A DNA stretch of 63,045 nt, filler included. It is 4 parts of 4 records of this genome, joined end to end, with 100 filler letters (N's around TTAATTAATTAA, not from the genome) between each part and the next. Parts side by side here need not be neighbours in the genome. Positions count along the whole stretch, not along the records: positions 38,419 to 46,934 come from SRR2962707_4850; positions 47,035 to 63,045 come from SRR2962707_4852; 2 more parts are not named here. One strand, written 5' to 3'. How positions within the stretch are numbered: position 1 is the first letter of the stretch; each line of letters opens with the position of its first letter. Shown here one piece after another: positions 38,525 to 49,861 of this stretch. Below the pieces are notes generated by a model, which was not told the DNA's origin, did no database searches, and saw nothing but the letters and a program-made list of their open reading frames with translations. The translations under genes and the position numbers were made by a program.

Positions 38525-40591
38525 ATGGAATGGTTTCTCCGGCAGCAAGCGGAGAAGCTTCAAGAGAAGAAGATCTCCGTGCGCGAGCCAGCGCTTGCCT
38601 CCCCTGTGGTCTACTTTTCCACCTGGCGCACCACCTCTAGCGATGTGCTCTCGCTAGTCACGACAGCGACTCCATTCAGCCGACCCGCGACTTGGGACCC
38701 ACCCAGCCCGCAGAGTGGTGGTCACAACACGGGCAATGCCAAGCGCAGTCCCCGGTCTCAGCAGCGGAGGCGGGGCGGCGATGGGAGCAGGCAGCCGCAG
38801 CCGGCGCCCTTTGCGGAGTCCAAATTCTACTCTCCGCTGTGCGTGGAAGGCGCTGTAAACGATCTCGAGCGCGCCAACACGAACAAAAAGCTGTGGCAGG
38901 AGAAGGAGAAATTCTCCACCAGACTCAGGGCTCGGCGGGTCGACCGAGAGATTCTCGAGACTGCAGCCGCAGTGAAGATACAGGCGCTGTGTCGCGGCAT
39001 TCTGGCACAGAAAAAAGTTCACGCGCAGAAGCGGTTCGCCTTGGCCCGGGCAAGGCTGCGGCGATCGTACATGAGCGTCGTCATGAAGCTCCGCGTCAAG
39101 CACTTCGTTGAAGCGAACGTGACCGAGACTCGAGGCCGAGCTGCAACGGCGGTAGTCGCAATTCAAAAAACATGGCGCCGGTTCCTGGCACACCGCCTCG
39201 TTGACAAGGAGCGTTTGGCATTGCGCGAGGAGCTGCTGAACTGGGCTGCGACCCAATTGCAGCGTCTAGTGCGCAAGCGCTTCGCCTGGCGAGCCACCAG
39301 CAAATTGCGCATGCGGCACTATGAAGAAAGGCGGGCGAATGGTGGTCAATCAATTCAAAAGCTTGCAAGGACGCTTGCAGCCCGCAAGAATATAATCCGA
39401 CGGACAGCACTATTACAGTACGTTGCCTCCACAGTTATTCAGCGTTGTGCCCGTGCCCATTTGGCGCGTAAGGCGTCCCACAAAGAGCGCGAGCTGCAAG
39501 GGGTGCTGCGCGTGAATGCCTCTGCCATTCCCATCCAAGCAATCTTTCGCGGGCAATTGCATCGTCGATATGTGCGTGTACTTCGACGTCAAGAGAAAAA
39601 GGACTTGTTGTTTGCGGCTGCATTGTCTGTGCAACGGACATACCGTGGGCACCTAGGACGTTGCCTTTTTATTGCTGAACGGATGCGTAGCGAAATGGAG
39701 CATACTGTAGCTGCATGTATTCAAGTGCAGAGGGCGCTGAAGGGTCATCACGCGCGTATTGCAGCAGGCGAGCAGCGTGCCAGCAGGGAGGCGGATTTGT
39801 TTGCACAAGCACGCTTAGGAAACGTGAGAAGAGTGCAAGACATTCTGGCTGGCCTTGTGGTTACAGACGAAGAATACGATATCGGTTCAAAACAGGCGGG
39901 CACGGGGATGACAGTATTCATGGTGGCGTGCCGATGGGGGCACTTGAAGCTAGCCAAGAGGTTACTGGGTCTCAAGGCAGACCTGAACGCATCCGACTCC
40001 GAAGGTCGAACGGCGCTGCATTATGCACTGCGCTACGCACGGGTGCTTGGAGGAGTGATTGACGGTGCGGGGCGTGGTGGGAATGGAATTGCTGAGTACC
40101 TTATCGCGAAGGGCATTCATCTGAACACTGCAGGTCGCACGCCATTGCACGACGCCGCGGCCTTTGATTGTGAGGAGCCGATTCGATTCCTTCTTCAGAA
40201 AGGGGTGGACATCAATGCGCACGACCGACCTATTGCTAGTGGTGTCGGCATCAAAACATCCAGCAATGGTGCCACTCCCTTGCACGAGTGTGCCACAAAC
40301 GGCCACTATGATTGCGCAAAGCTTCTGTTGGAGCGTGGAGGCGATGTCAAAGCGGTTGATGATCAAGCATCGACCCCGTTGCATCGCGCTGCGGCTGGGG
40401 GGCACCTGCGCGTGGCACAGCTCCTCGTTGAGGTCGGAGGGGCAGACTTGAGTGCCCAGGATAGCGACGGTCGAACCCCTTGGCGACGAGCTCTGGTAAA
40501 CGACCACACGAAGGTGGCACAGTTTTTGCAAAAAAGTTGGAGTGCCTTCATTGACGGGACCAACGACCTTGATGAAACTCACACACACTGA
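38525..40591 (+). CDS. Eukaryotic IQ-motif (about 8) and ankyrin-repeat protein
   Basis: IQALCRG, IQKTWRR, LQRLVRK, IQKLART, IQRCARA, IQAIFRG, VQRTYRG, VQRALKG, followed by GRTALHYA / GRTPLHDAA / GATPLHECA / STPLHRAA ankyrin repeats. Confidence 0.85.
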   Translation: MEWFLRQQAEKLQEKKISVREPALASPVVYFSTWRTTSSDVLSLVTTATPFSRPATWDPPSPQSGGHNTGNAKRSPRSQQRRRGGDGSRQPQPAPFAESKFYSPLCVEGAVNDLERANTNKKLWQEKEKFSTRLRARRVDREILETAAAVKIQALCRGILAQKKVHAQKRFALARARLRRSYMSVVMKLRVKHFVEANVTETRGRAATAVVAIQKTWRRFLAHRLVDKERLALREELLNWAATQLQRLVRKRFAWRATSKLRMRHYEERRANGGQSIQKLARTLAARKNIIRRTALLQYVASTVIQRCARAHLARKASHKERELQGVLRVNASAIPIQAIFRGQLHRRYVRVLRRQEKKDLLFAAALSVQRTYRGHLGRCLFIAERMRSEMEHTVAACIQVQRALKGHHARIAAGEQRASREADLFAQARLGNVRRVQDILAGLVVTDEEYDIGSKQAGTGMTVFMVACRWGHLKLAKRLLGLKADLNASDSEGRTALHYALRYARVLGGVIDGAGRGGNGIAEYLIAKGIHLNTAGRTPLHDAAAFDCEEPIRFLLQKGVDINAHDRPIASGVGIKTSSNGATPLHECATNGHYDCAKLLLERGGDVKAVDDQASTPLHRAAAGGHLRVAQLLVEVGGADLSAQDSDGRTPWRRALVNDHTKVAQFLQKSWSAFIDGTNDLDETHTH

Positions 40592-40786
40592 CGCGACGCG
40601 ACAGCACAGTCGGGGGCTTCCAAAGCTGAGAGAAACTCCTTTTGATTCGCTACACCACATGGTTTTGCTCGATTACATGTTAGTAAGAATAACTTTAATT
40701 TTGTATTTGAAAATCAGTGTTGCAAACAATACTCAAACTCAGCTTTTACATGGTCGCCATGGATGGGGGCAGAGGACGCATTGCTG

Positions 40787-43700
40787 CTACTCCGCGTCAA
40801 AATCTTCATCCACAGCTGCAACTTTTGGAGCTACAGATCGAGATTTCTTGCTCCCAATGTTGTCTTTCTTGCTCTCGCCCTTATCTCTCCTACTCTTGCT
40901 GCGACGCGAACGCCTTTCTGACCGACTTCGCTTGCCTTCTCCGTCACTCGCACGACTTTTGCTTCGCCGCGAGCGTCGCTCTCGTCGCGCACTCCTGTCA
41001 ACCACTTCCGTGGCCGCATTTCCATCTTCTTCAGCAATGTTCTCAGCGTTAAGGCTGCGCTTACTGCGCTCACGACGAACAGAAGGGCGTGCCAGGCGAG
41101 CTGCTTCTTCCTCGGCACGATCGCCGGCCTCTCCCAAAGCTTTGCTTGCAGTCATGGACTGCATTCGTGTAATGGGGCTTCGCGAAGCACGCCGGCTCAT
41201 GCGGCGTTTTTGACGATCGTCCATTTTTTCAGCTTTCTTCCAGAAACCGTCAATGAAGATTTGCCGATTAGCACGGTCGGTGAATGTCTCTTTCAGAGCC
41301 GCAGCAACTTTTCCAGCTGCTGCCTTCGCCTCAGCTTTCAGTCGAATGCGATAGTTCACCTTCACGCGGCTTCCATCTTCCTCGTCCACTACTTCAGCAA
41401 TCATAACGCGGCATTCTGCAGGGTTCAACCCCACTCCCGTAAGGAGTGACCCGACGCAATCCTTGAGAGCTTTATGCATGCTGGCACTGTTATTGAAATC
41501 TTTGGCAGTTGTATTCTTGAGTTTGACACTTCCTTTGAGTGTCTTGAACAAGTCTGCTCCTTTTTCGTGGGCAGCCACAAGCTTTTGAATGCTGGCGCGG
41601 TTCTTGCCGCGTCTCATTGCTTCTCGAAGTTTGTGGACAGTACCCGCTTCATCGAGAACTTGGAGGTCCTCCAAAGATGAGTCGTGGAAGGTGATTTCCC
41701 CATTCACCCACGGTTCGCAACCAAGTTCTGCCGCCTTTCTGGACAAAGCAGCATTCAACCGCTCAGGGTCCGCCATGAGTTCACGTACCTCCTGTTCCAA
41801 CTCGGCAGCAACATCTCCCGCAGCCACATCTTCCTGCGGTAAAGCCAGTGAGAACTCAAACTTGTGCTTCGCACCCACACGAGTGGGGTCGGCGTTAATG
41901 AGCACGTTGTTGGCAGACGTTTGCAGCCCCAAGTCGTAGGCGACGTCAACAAGCACACCTTTCAGAACTTTGCGCATGGTGTTGAAGTCTTCCTCCGCCA
42001 GATTGCCAACAACAAGACTGCCACGAGCGGAAGCCATATCCTTTGGAACCTCAATGCCTCGTTTCATTCGCAAGGCCGACAGCACACCTTGACCCATTCC
42101 TCGAAGGCGTGCCATGGGTGCTAAGCGTGGTTGACTTGATGACTGAGCAGCCGCTCCGAGCACTTCGATACGGCCAACTGATTCAACTGCAAGGTCGGCA
42201 TTAAACTTGAGCGACATGTCACCCGCTTTTGACATTGTGCGAGTAACTCGTCCGACGAAAGAACGGCCGTTGGACCGTTCAATACCCCGCTTGAGGCGCT
42301 GCTTTGCCTGCTCAACGATGTCATCCGCTTTCGTAACACCTGGAATTCGCAATTCGAAAGCGACAGACTGGTGCCCGTTTCGCAAACTGGTTACGGATTT
42401 GATGGACACGTGCTCGGCCTTGACTGTTGCCTCAAGGCCAACGAGCGTAGTCAGCATGGCGTCGACCATGTGCGTCTTGACAGACTTGGTGATCTCATCA
42501 TTGTCAATTCCTGAAAGAGTGAAGACGCCAGACAGTGTGACGCCCGCTTTCTTTGCAGCGACGGCAGCTGCAGCCTGGTCCGCTTCCATTGCCGCCTTGA
42601 GTTCTGCTTCCCTTTCCTCCGACGTTTTCTTCTTACCTTCGCCACGCTTACGGCGCTCGGCACGAAGCCGACGACGCTCTGATGCGGTACCATCTCCCCC
42701 AGCAGCAGCACGACGTTCACGACGGCTTTTGCGCTCTCGCCGCTTTCGTGCCTTGGTCACCTCAGCTTCGTCCAAGTCGCCAACTTCGGCAGCGGACACC
42801 AGAGCACTGGCCTTCACCAACGTGTCAGCATTAGCGCTGGCCATTCTCGCGAGCTTCACTCGCTCTGTCCCGGGTTCACGCGATGTTTTTCCTTCACCAT
42901 GAGTAACCCGTGACCGCCGGCCTCCAAAAGGTTGGGTGGCAGTGAGCTCGGCACCTTCCATGTCATCAAGTTTCTTCGCTGTTTCGGCCTCAGCACCAAC
43001 AAGCTTCATTCGCTGGAGCGCAAGCATGCCGTCCGTACCGCTCGACCGCTCAACCCGCTTTTTGAACGAGTCAAGAAACTGCATTCCGTTGAGGTTCTGC
43101 GTCCCGCTGGTGCTATCAAACACTGACTGCAGTAGGTCTTGGATTTGAGCTCCGTCGAACGCATCGTTCGTCATCGCCTCGTATTTCAACTTGACTGTAC
43201 CCCGCCGTGTTCGCTCCTTTTTGTCAATGGAGAGCTTGAATCTCGCATTTATTCCATGATGGAAGCACAGCTCCGACAGAGTTGCATTCATGTCATCCAT
43301 GTGCTCCAACATCGCTTTACTGCGCATGCCACCAACAGTGATCCGGCCCACTACTTCGGGAGTCTTGATGTTTTCAACTGCCGCCATCTCACCCACGGAC
43401 GCCGCGAGCAACTTCTTTGCGTCTTCGCGGGACATGTTCATCTTGCGAAGCTCAGCACAGTCCTCATCACCGTCCAGTTCCAAAGCGCTGGCAATGCACA
43501 CTTTCACCCGATCTAAAAACAACTTTGGGGTCTGCTTTGCAAGCATGTCCAGCTCTGCTCGCGCGGCGTCTGACATCGAATTTTCCGGTGCCCGAACCCG
43601 GAACTGGACAATTCCATCCTGTCCCGTAACGACGCTGATCAAATCCCGGGGTACGTTCATGCCATGCTTCCAGAAAACACCAGCAATCGCGTCTTGTGTT

Positions 43701-46700
43701 GCGCGCTGAACCACAGCATCGTCAAGACCTCGGAGACTTGTGCCATCAAATCCCCCGCGGGATTGCGCCCAATTTTTTCTTGCGCCAGCCAGGTCGTGAG
43801 CCACATCGCCTGCAATGCTTGCCTGCGCGGCTGATTTGTGGACTTTGAAGCGACTTCGGGTCAAAAGATCACCTTCGAGACCGACGGTGCTTGCAGCAGT
43901 TTTGAATGCTGTTTGAAGAGCACCCATGCCGTTCGCAGTTTGCAAGGATGCAACCAGTCCTTCCAATGCCTGCTTGCATTCCGGCATTTGTGAAGCCACA
44001 TTCTCGTCAAAACTGTACTCCACTTCCAGGCCTCCGCCATCCACAGCCTTGGAATGTGATATTGCCGTCGTCAAAGGAAAAGCTCCATATGCAGCAGCAA
44101 ACTTTGCACCATGTTCGCCCATGACTTCCATTGCCATTTTGTTGAGGGCTTTGTGAAGGGCTTCCTTGAATTGAGGCTTGTTTCGTTTCCATACTTTTGC
44201 GTGCACATTGCTTAACGCTACAGCGCCACCAACGTGACTCTTTTCTGTCCCAGTAGCAGTGAGATTCATGTCGATCAATTTGAAGCTCTGCAACTTTGGT
44301 GAACAAACTTCTCCAAATTCAAGGAGACTTTCGGCCATCGACAAAGTGGACACTGCCTCGCTAATCACACTTCGCAGCTTTGCAAAGTCGACTTTAGCCC
44401 CATCGCCGATCTTAGCATCCCACCTCAGAGTGGTACTTGAATCATCAGATGGCAGCCGCAATGAAACCTGGACAGTGTCTGGCGGTATTTTGGCCTTCAC
44501 AAATTCTCTTTTGATCGCCTCACGGATCACCGTGTCAATTTGAGGATTAGAACGGACGTCGGCGGCTGTGAGGTTCTCAAAAGTGACATTACCGGAACAG
44601 TATTTTGATGAGTGAAGATTCTGGGTGAGAGCGTGCAACTGAGGGTCGCAATCTACTCCTGCATTGTCAAAAGGGACCATGCGAATGTTACGAGTCGTCA
44701 GTCCAAGGAAACCCATTGCCTGTGCAGCCGCCAACACACTCTTCGTGAACTCAGCGGAGGTTTCTGGGGTCATGGCTTCTTGAAGCAACTTCGAAATTCT
44801 AGCATTTTGCGCAGAACTTGCATCTTCGTGACGAACACTCCACTTCATGACGTATGGACCGCCGTTTTCTTTGTCAAATTCCACCTTCTTAACACTTGAC
44901 ATGGTATCGCTTTCGTTGAAACCGGCGCTTGCAGCCAAACCAATCAGTGCCTGTTGAGCAACGGTGTTGAACCTGTCAATGTCGCTTTCTTGCAGTCCGG
45001 TGAGAGCGCATGTCCCGTTCATGACGCAGTAACCTTGAGCGTCTTTCTGGACAGTAAACGCGGACAGACCTCCAGCACTCATCAAACGAAGAGCTGCTTC
45101 GGCGTCAGCATAGGCCCCGCCCACAAAGATTTGTCGCGGAATGTTTGGCGGCTCGCCACGGTGATTTTCCATAATTTCTGCCCCATTGTCGAGAAGGAAC
45201 TTAATGCATTCTTCTTTCTCAGCCATACTCACATAGTGCAGTGCAGTGTTGCCTGCGCGATCCGTTTGATTAATGTCAGCACCGGCAGCCAGCAACATTT
45301 CCATGGTATCGCGCTGTCCTTTTCGCGCGGCGGTGAGGAACAACTTGTGCATGAACGGATGAGTTGCAGGGATTGAGCAACATCCACTGAGAAGCTGGCG
45401 CTTCACCTCAGCGGCGTTGTTTTGTTGTACAGCATGAATCAAAGCTTCAACATCAGCGCCGGCTACAATAGGGGCGTTCAATGCGTTGGCAGCACGAATT
45501 GCGGCCAACAATTCGGGTCCCATTGGCAATGCACAAAGGCGGTTAAACTCTCTAAGTTCCTCTTGGGCCAGCGTCACGCCAGGACCCAGGTCCGGAGCCT
45601 TCTCGGATGTGATGTCCTCGATATCAGCAGCGGCTGGAGAACGCTTCTCACGTTCGTCAACTTTTGGCATAATACGATTCTTCTTGCGTTTCTTCTTCCG
45701 TGTAACAATGACAACCACAATAATAATAATCAACAATAGAATCACGATAACGACAATGATGATGATCCACAACATCGAGTCATCCTCGTCGTCGTCAGGG
45801 TTTTGATTTCCAATCTGTGCATTTGGGTCGTCGGGGTCAAGCGTTGTTGTTTGCAGCCCAATCGGAAGCGAGCTCGTTGACGTCGCGGCAGATGACAACA
45901 CAATTCCGGGAGTGGTTGTGGTTTCCAGCGTCACCACCGCCGCCGCCGACGATGTTGCTGTTGCTGTTGAAGTTGTGGTCGTAGTTGTGGTCGTAGTTGT
46001 GGTTGTTGAAGAAGTAGATGTGGTTGAGCTGGTGGAAATGAACGTACTTGTTAACAAGGTCGACAAGGTCGTGGTCGCCGAAATAGTGGACGAGTCTACC
46101 CCAGTCGACCCGGTTGCCATCGCGCCAGGCGAAGAGCCTCCTGTGGAGGGTGTTACAGATGAACTCGTCAAAGAAGTTGTGATTGCAACTGGTGCAGTTG
46201 ACGCGTACCCGTTTGGATCAGTTGACGACGACGCAGACGTTGCGGTAGCGGGCACACTCCCTTTTGCTGTTGACACGAGCATGGAGCTCGTTTTGGGGGC
46301 TTCTGTCGACAAATGTGCAGTGGTTACCACATCAGATTGAGTTTCCGTTGGGGTCGTTTCACTGAAGGTGGCGGGGATCGTCGATGGAACTGGCGTTGTG
46401 GTGCAGTCGGTTCCCAAATCGGTGTACACCATTAACGGCTCAAACGAAAAGTCGGGGTCAGCGTAAGCCGCTCCGTAGTACGAAAATCGTCTTTGTTCAT
46501 CAGTGTCACCATTGTCTTCGAAAGTTTCAATAAAGACAACTATTGGCAATTGATTCACAGGGTGCAACAATTCAAAGGTAGCTTGAAAAACCCCTTCACT
46601 TGAAGGGGTCGCTGCCTGCACTACCACACCGTCGGTGCTCATGTCTGCAACAGAGCCAAAATTACGGATCTGAACCATTGATTCCTCAATGTCACCCAAA

Positions 46701-46934
46701 ATGAAATAAACTTTTGTCGTAGTATCGTCTGTCACAGGCTGTCCAACATCATTCTCAACCGAAGCTTGAATGTCGACTGCACATCCAGCATGAGAAACTG
46801 CAATAACATCTTTCGTGGTGTTAAGCAAAAATCGGAACTTTTTTGCGAGTGCTGCGTTAATGAAAACAACGTCCATGGTGTCAATCTCTCCGTCCAGATC
46901 AGCGTCCATCTCCGCCATTTGCGCAGCTTCATTG
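40787..46934 (-). CDS. Giant single-pass membrane protein: ectodomain, Thr/Ser mucin-like stalk, TM, ankyrin repeats, repeated alpha/beta domains, Arg/Ser-rich tail (probably 5' truncated)
   Basis: Uninterrupted frame of more than 2043 codons, open to the contig end; poly-Thr stalk; WIIIIVVIVILLLIIIIVVVIV followed by RKKKRKK; GADINQTDRAGNTALHY. Confidence 0.85.
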
Positions 46935-47034
46935 NNNNNNNNNNNNNNNNNNNNNNNNNNNNNNNNNNNNNNNNNNNNTTAATTAATTAANNNNNNNNNN
47001 NNNNNNNNNNNNNNNNNNNNNNNNNNNNNNNNNN
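46935..47034. other. Artificial contig-join spacer
   Basis: 44 N + TTAATTAATTAA + 44 N. Confidence 0.99.
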
Positions 47035-47110
47035 GCTGGAACGCCAGAAGAATAATCCGGACGGTAGCGTGGAAAATACCCGCAAACAGCTCCATTACCG
47101 TCGTCATTAA
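47035..47110 (+). CDS. 3' fragment of an upstream gene (by synteny possibly a FilB/FapD-like C39 peptidase)
   Basis: Open frame LERQKNNPDGSVENTRKQLHYRRH* from the contig edge. The identity is inferred from position only. Confidence 0.35.
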
Positions 47111-47165
47111 TTTTCCCGGTTGTTTGATCGGGCAGGAATAAAACAAATAAAAGTAGGGAGTCAGG

Positions 47166-48176
47166 ATGAATCGTTGGTTTGTGCGAGGTTTTATCCTTGT
47201 TTCCGCGGCTGGGCTGCTTCCGGGCATGGCCATGGCTCAGGAAGGGAATGTGGATCAGGCGCGGGAGGCACTGGCGCGTCAGGAAGGGGATGAGGATTCT
47301 ACCAAACAGCTGGAGGAAGTGTTCCAGGCTGCCGAAAAGAACTACTCACTGCAGAAGAAGGGCACCCACTCCCTGAACTATTCGTTCGATTATTCCTATA
47401 CCGGCGACCAACGGCTGGATCTGGCGATATCGAACGGCTCGGTGCGTAATCTGGACGTTGTTCCATCGGCCACCCATAACTTCACAAATGCCTTTTCCTA
47501 CGATTACGGGTTACTGGATAACCTGACGATCGGCACCCGTGTTCCACTGGTGGTGAAGTACGACACCCAGGACGAGCTGAACGTTTACGACTTCGGCGAC
47601 ATCTCCTTCACCGGACGTTGGCAGCCGTTTGCCTATGTGCCTGGCAAGATGTCGACCACCTTCTTTGGCACCCTGAACAGTAAAACCGGCGTCAGTCCCT
47701 ACGAAATTGACATCAACGAGCAGTTGTCCACCGGCAGTGGCTATTACTCCGTGGGCGGTGGCCTGAGTATGTCGAAGGTACTGGACCCTGTCGTGGTCTT
47801 CGGTTCTGTCAGTGCGACCTACAATCTGACCGTCGACGGCCTGGAGCAGGTTCGGGGCGCCCGGTTGCTGGAAGAAGTCGAGCCGGGGTTTGGCCTGTCC
47901 GGGTCCCTGGGTTTTGCTTATTCGCTTTCCTATGACATCTCTCTCAGCGTGTCTGGCCAGCTCAGCTACAGCGACGAGACGGTGCTGACCTTCTCCAACG
48001 GTGACCAGGCCGTGGCCCAGGACCAGATGACTGGCTTCCTCAGTATGTCGCTGGGCACCCGTCTCAGTGACATGACCATTGTAAATACCAGCCTCGGGAT
48101 CGGTTTGACGGAGGACGCGCCGGACTTCTCCCTGGGTGTATCCCTGCCCATCAATTTCTCTGGCCTCAAAGAGTGA
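47166..48176 (+). CDS. FilC/FapF-like outer-membrane beta-barrel transporter
   Basis: Signal peptide, helical QLEEVFQAAEKNYSLQKKG, DYGLLDNLT, GDIS, TGVSPYEI..LSTGSGYYS, DPVVVFGS, IGLTEDAPDFSLGVSLP. Confidence 0.75.
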   Translation: MNRWFVRGFILVSAAGLLPGMAMAQEGNVDQAREALARQEGDEDSTKQLEEVFQAAEKNYSLQKKGTHSLNYSFDYSYTGDQRLDLAISNGSVRNLDVVPSATHNFTNAFSYDYGLLDNLTIGTRVPLVVKYDTQDELNVYDFGDISFTGRWQPFAYVPGKMSTTFFGTLNSKTGVSPYEIDINEQLSTGSGYYSVGGGLSMSKVLDPVVVFGSVSATYNLTVDGLEQVRGARLLEEVEPGFGLSGSLGFAYSLSYDISLSVSGQLSYSDETVLTFSNGDQAVAQDQMTGFLSMSLGTRLSDMTIVNTSLGIGLTEDAPDFSLGVSLPINFSGLKE

Positions 48177-48215
48177 TTGAAATCGAGGACGTTTCAAGGG
48201 AAGGGGAAGGATTTC

Positions 48216-49841
48216 ATGGGACAAGCTAGTCACAAGCGACATCTTCTGGCCGCCGCCATGGTCGCAGGCGTTTCCTGCGGGGCCCAGGCACAGATGACGC
48301 AGAACCTGACGATACATCCGAAGGCGCTGGCACTGGGTAACGCCGTTACAGCAGATCCCCCGGGGCTGATGGCCATTCACTATAATCCTGCGGGCCTGAC
48401 CAAGCTCGACGGGCGCCAGCTTGAGGTGAACCTGCTTAGTATCTATCTGGATATTGATGCCGACTTCTATGCAGACGAAGATTACGAGATATTCGGAATC
48501 AGCGGGCTCGAAACAGACCCTTTAACCGGAAAGCAGCGCGACCCGATTGCGAACAGCAGTAGTCATACCAACAACGTGGCGCTTTATGTGCCGGGTTACG
48601 GCATTCTTCGTATGCCCCCTGGCCCTGCCGTTGCGCCATCAGCAGGTATCAGTATCAAGCCGCCGGGTTCGAAGCTGACGTTCGCCAACGCTTTTTATCT
48701 GCCGATGGCCGCAGGCTTCTACCGGGATAAAAACGACCCCGGTCGCTACCAGCCCCAGGCGGCCACCCTCCAGCGGACCACCTACCTGTCTCCCACCGTC
48801 GGGTATGAGATCAATGATGAATGGTCTGTGGGCGCGGGCATTCATCTCTCGCATTTCGGCTTCGCAGCGGACCAGTACATGCGGGCGCCAAACCTGCTGA
48901 TGGGGGTGGCAGAGGTTCTGCAGGATGCCTTTAACTGTGAAAGCGGTGACGAGCCCCTGCAGCCCTGGCTTGCGTTGTGCGGCGGTAATGTCGGCCCCTG
49001 GGACGATATCGGGGCCATGAGCCTGAATCTGCAGGAAACCATCTCGCCCACCTACGCCCTGGGCGTTATGTGGGAGCCGACGGACTGGTTCCGCTGGGGG
49101 GCCAGTTATACCTCAGAAGCCGACATGAACCTCAAGGGGCAGTTCGAGATACAGTACACCGATGACTGGTCCGGATTCTGGCAGAGTGTGAATGGCTCTA
49201 TTCTGGGCGCCATATCATCGGCCATTCTGAGCCTGCCCTCAGGTGCACCGCGGGAGGCGGGCAATGTCAGCATGGATCTGGTTTACCCACAACATTTTCA
49301 GACCGGTATAAGCGTGGATGTTCATCCCAAGCTGACCGTGAACGCGGATGTGGGCTGGACGGATTTTGCCCAGTGGGATGCCTTCAATTTCCAGTTTGAT
49401 CGTAACCTCGAGTTCCTGAACGCGGCACGCATTCTGTCGCCGGACAATGCCACCTCGGATACCCTGCGCTTGCCGTTGGGTTTCAAGAGCCAGTGGAACT
49501 GGGCTTTTGGTGTGGAGTTCCATGCATCATCTCGTCTGGATCTGCGGGCTGGGGTGGAAATCCGGGACTCGGTTATTCCGGACGACCAGCGCTCGATTAT
49601 GGCGCCATTCGGGGGCGCGAACCTGTACAGTATTGGCATGGGGTACAAGTGGGATAAGGACACGGAAATTGATATGAACCTGTCGTATCTGCAATCGATT
49701 GAGACCATTCCGGCCGACACCAGTTGCAACGTGAACTGCGACAACATCACCAACATCATCTATAACCCCTATGCCGACCTCACCATCAAGACTTCCCTGC
49801 GGGTGGTGATGGCAGGCTTGAGCTTCCGAACCAAATTCTGA
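48216..49841 (+). CDS. FadL/OmpP1-family outer-membrane protein, FilD/AupA-like
   Basis: Signal peptide, KALALGNAVTADPPG..HYNPAGL hatch motif, SPTVGYEINDEWSVGAG, terminal Phe. Confidence 0.8.
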   Translation: MGQASHKRHLLAAAMVAGVSCGAQAQMTQNLTIHPKALALGNAVTADPPGLMAIHYNPAGLTKLDGRQLEVNLLSIYLDIDADFYADEDYEIFGISGLETDPLTGKQRDPIANSSSHTNNVALYVPGYGILRMPPGPAVAPSAGISIKPPGSKLTFANAFYLPMAAGFYRDKNDPGRYQPQAATLQRTTYLSPTVGYEINDEWSVGAGIHLSHFGFAADQYMRAPNLLMGVAEVLQDAFNCESGDEPLQPWLALCGGNVGPWDDIGAMSLNLQETISPTYALGVMWEPTDWFRWGASYTSEADMNLKGQFEIQYTDDWSGFWQSVNGSILGAISSAILSLPSGAPREAGNVSMDLVYPQHFQTGISVDVHPKLTVNADVGWTDFAQWDAFNFQFDRNLEFLNAARILSPDNATSDTLRLPLGFKSQWNWAFGVEFHASSRLDLRAGVEIRDSVIPDDQRSIMAPFGGANLYSIGMGYKWDKDTEIDMNLSYLQSIETIPADTSCNVNCDNITNIIYNPYADLTIKTSLRVVMAGLSFRTKF

Positions 49842-49861
49842 TCCTGACAGGGGGGGCTGTG

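Noticed and set aside
45912-46340. Val-rich plus-strand ORF
   Set aside because: Antisense reading of the poly-Thr mucin-like stalk.
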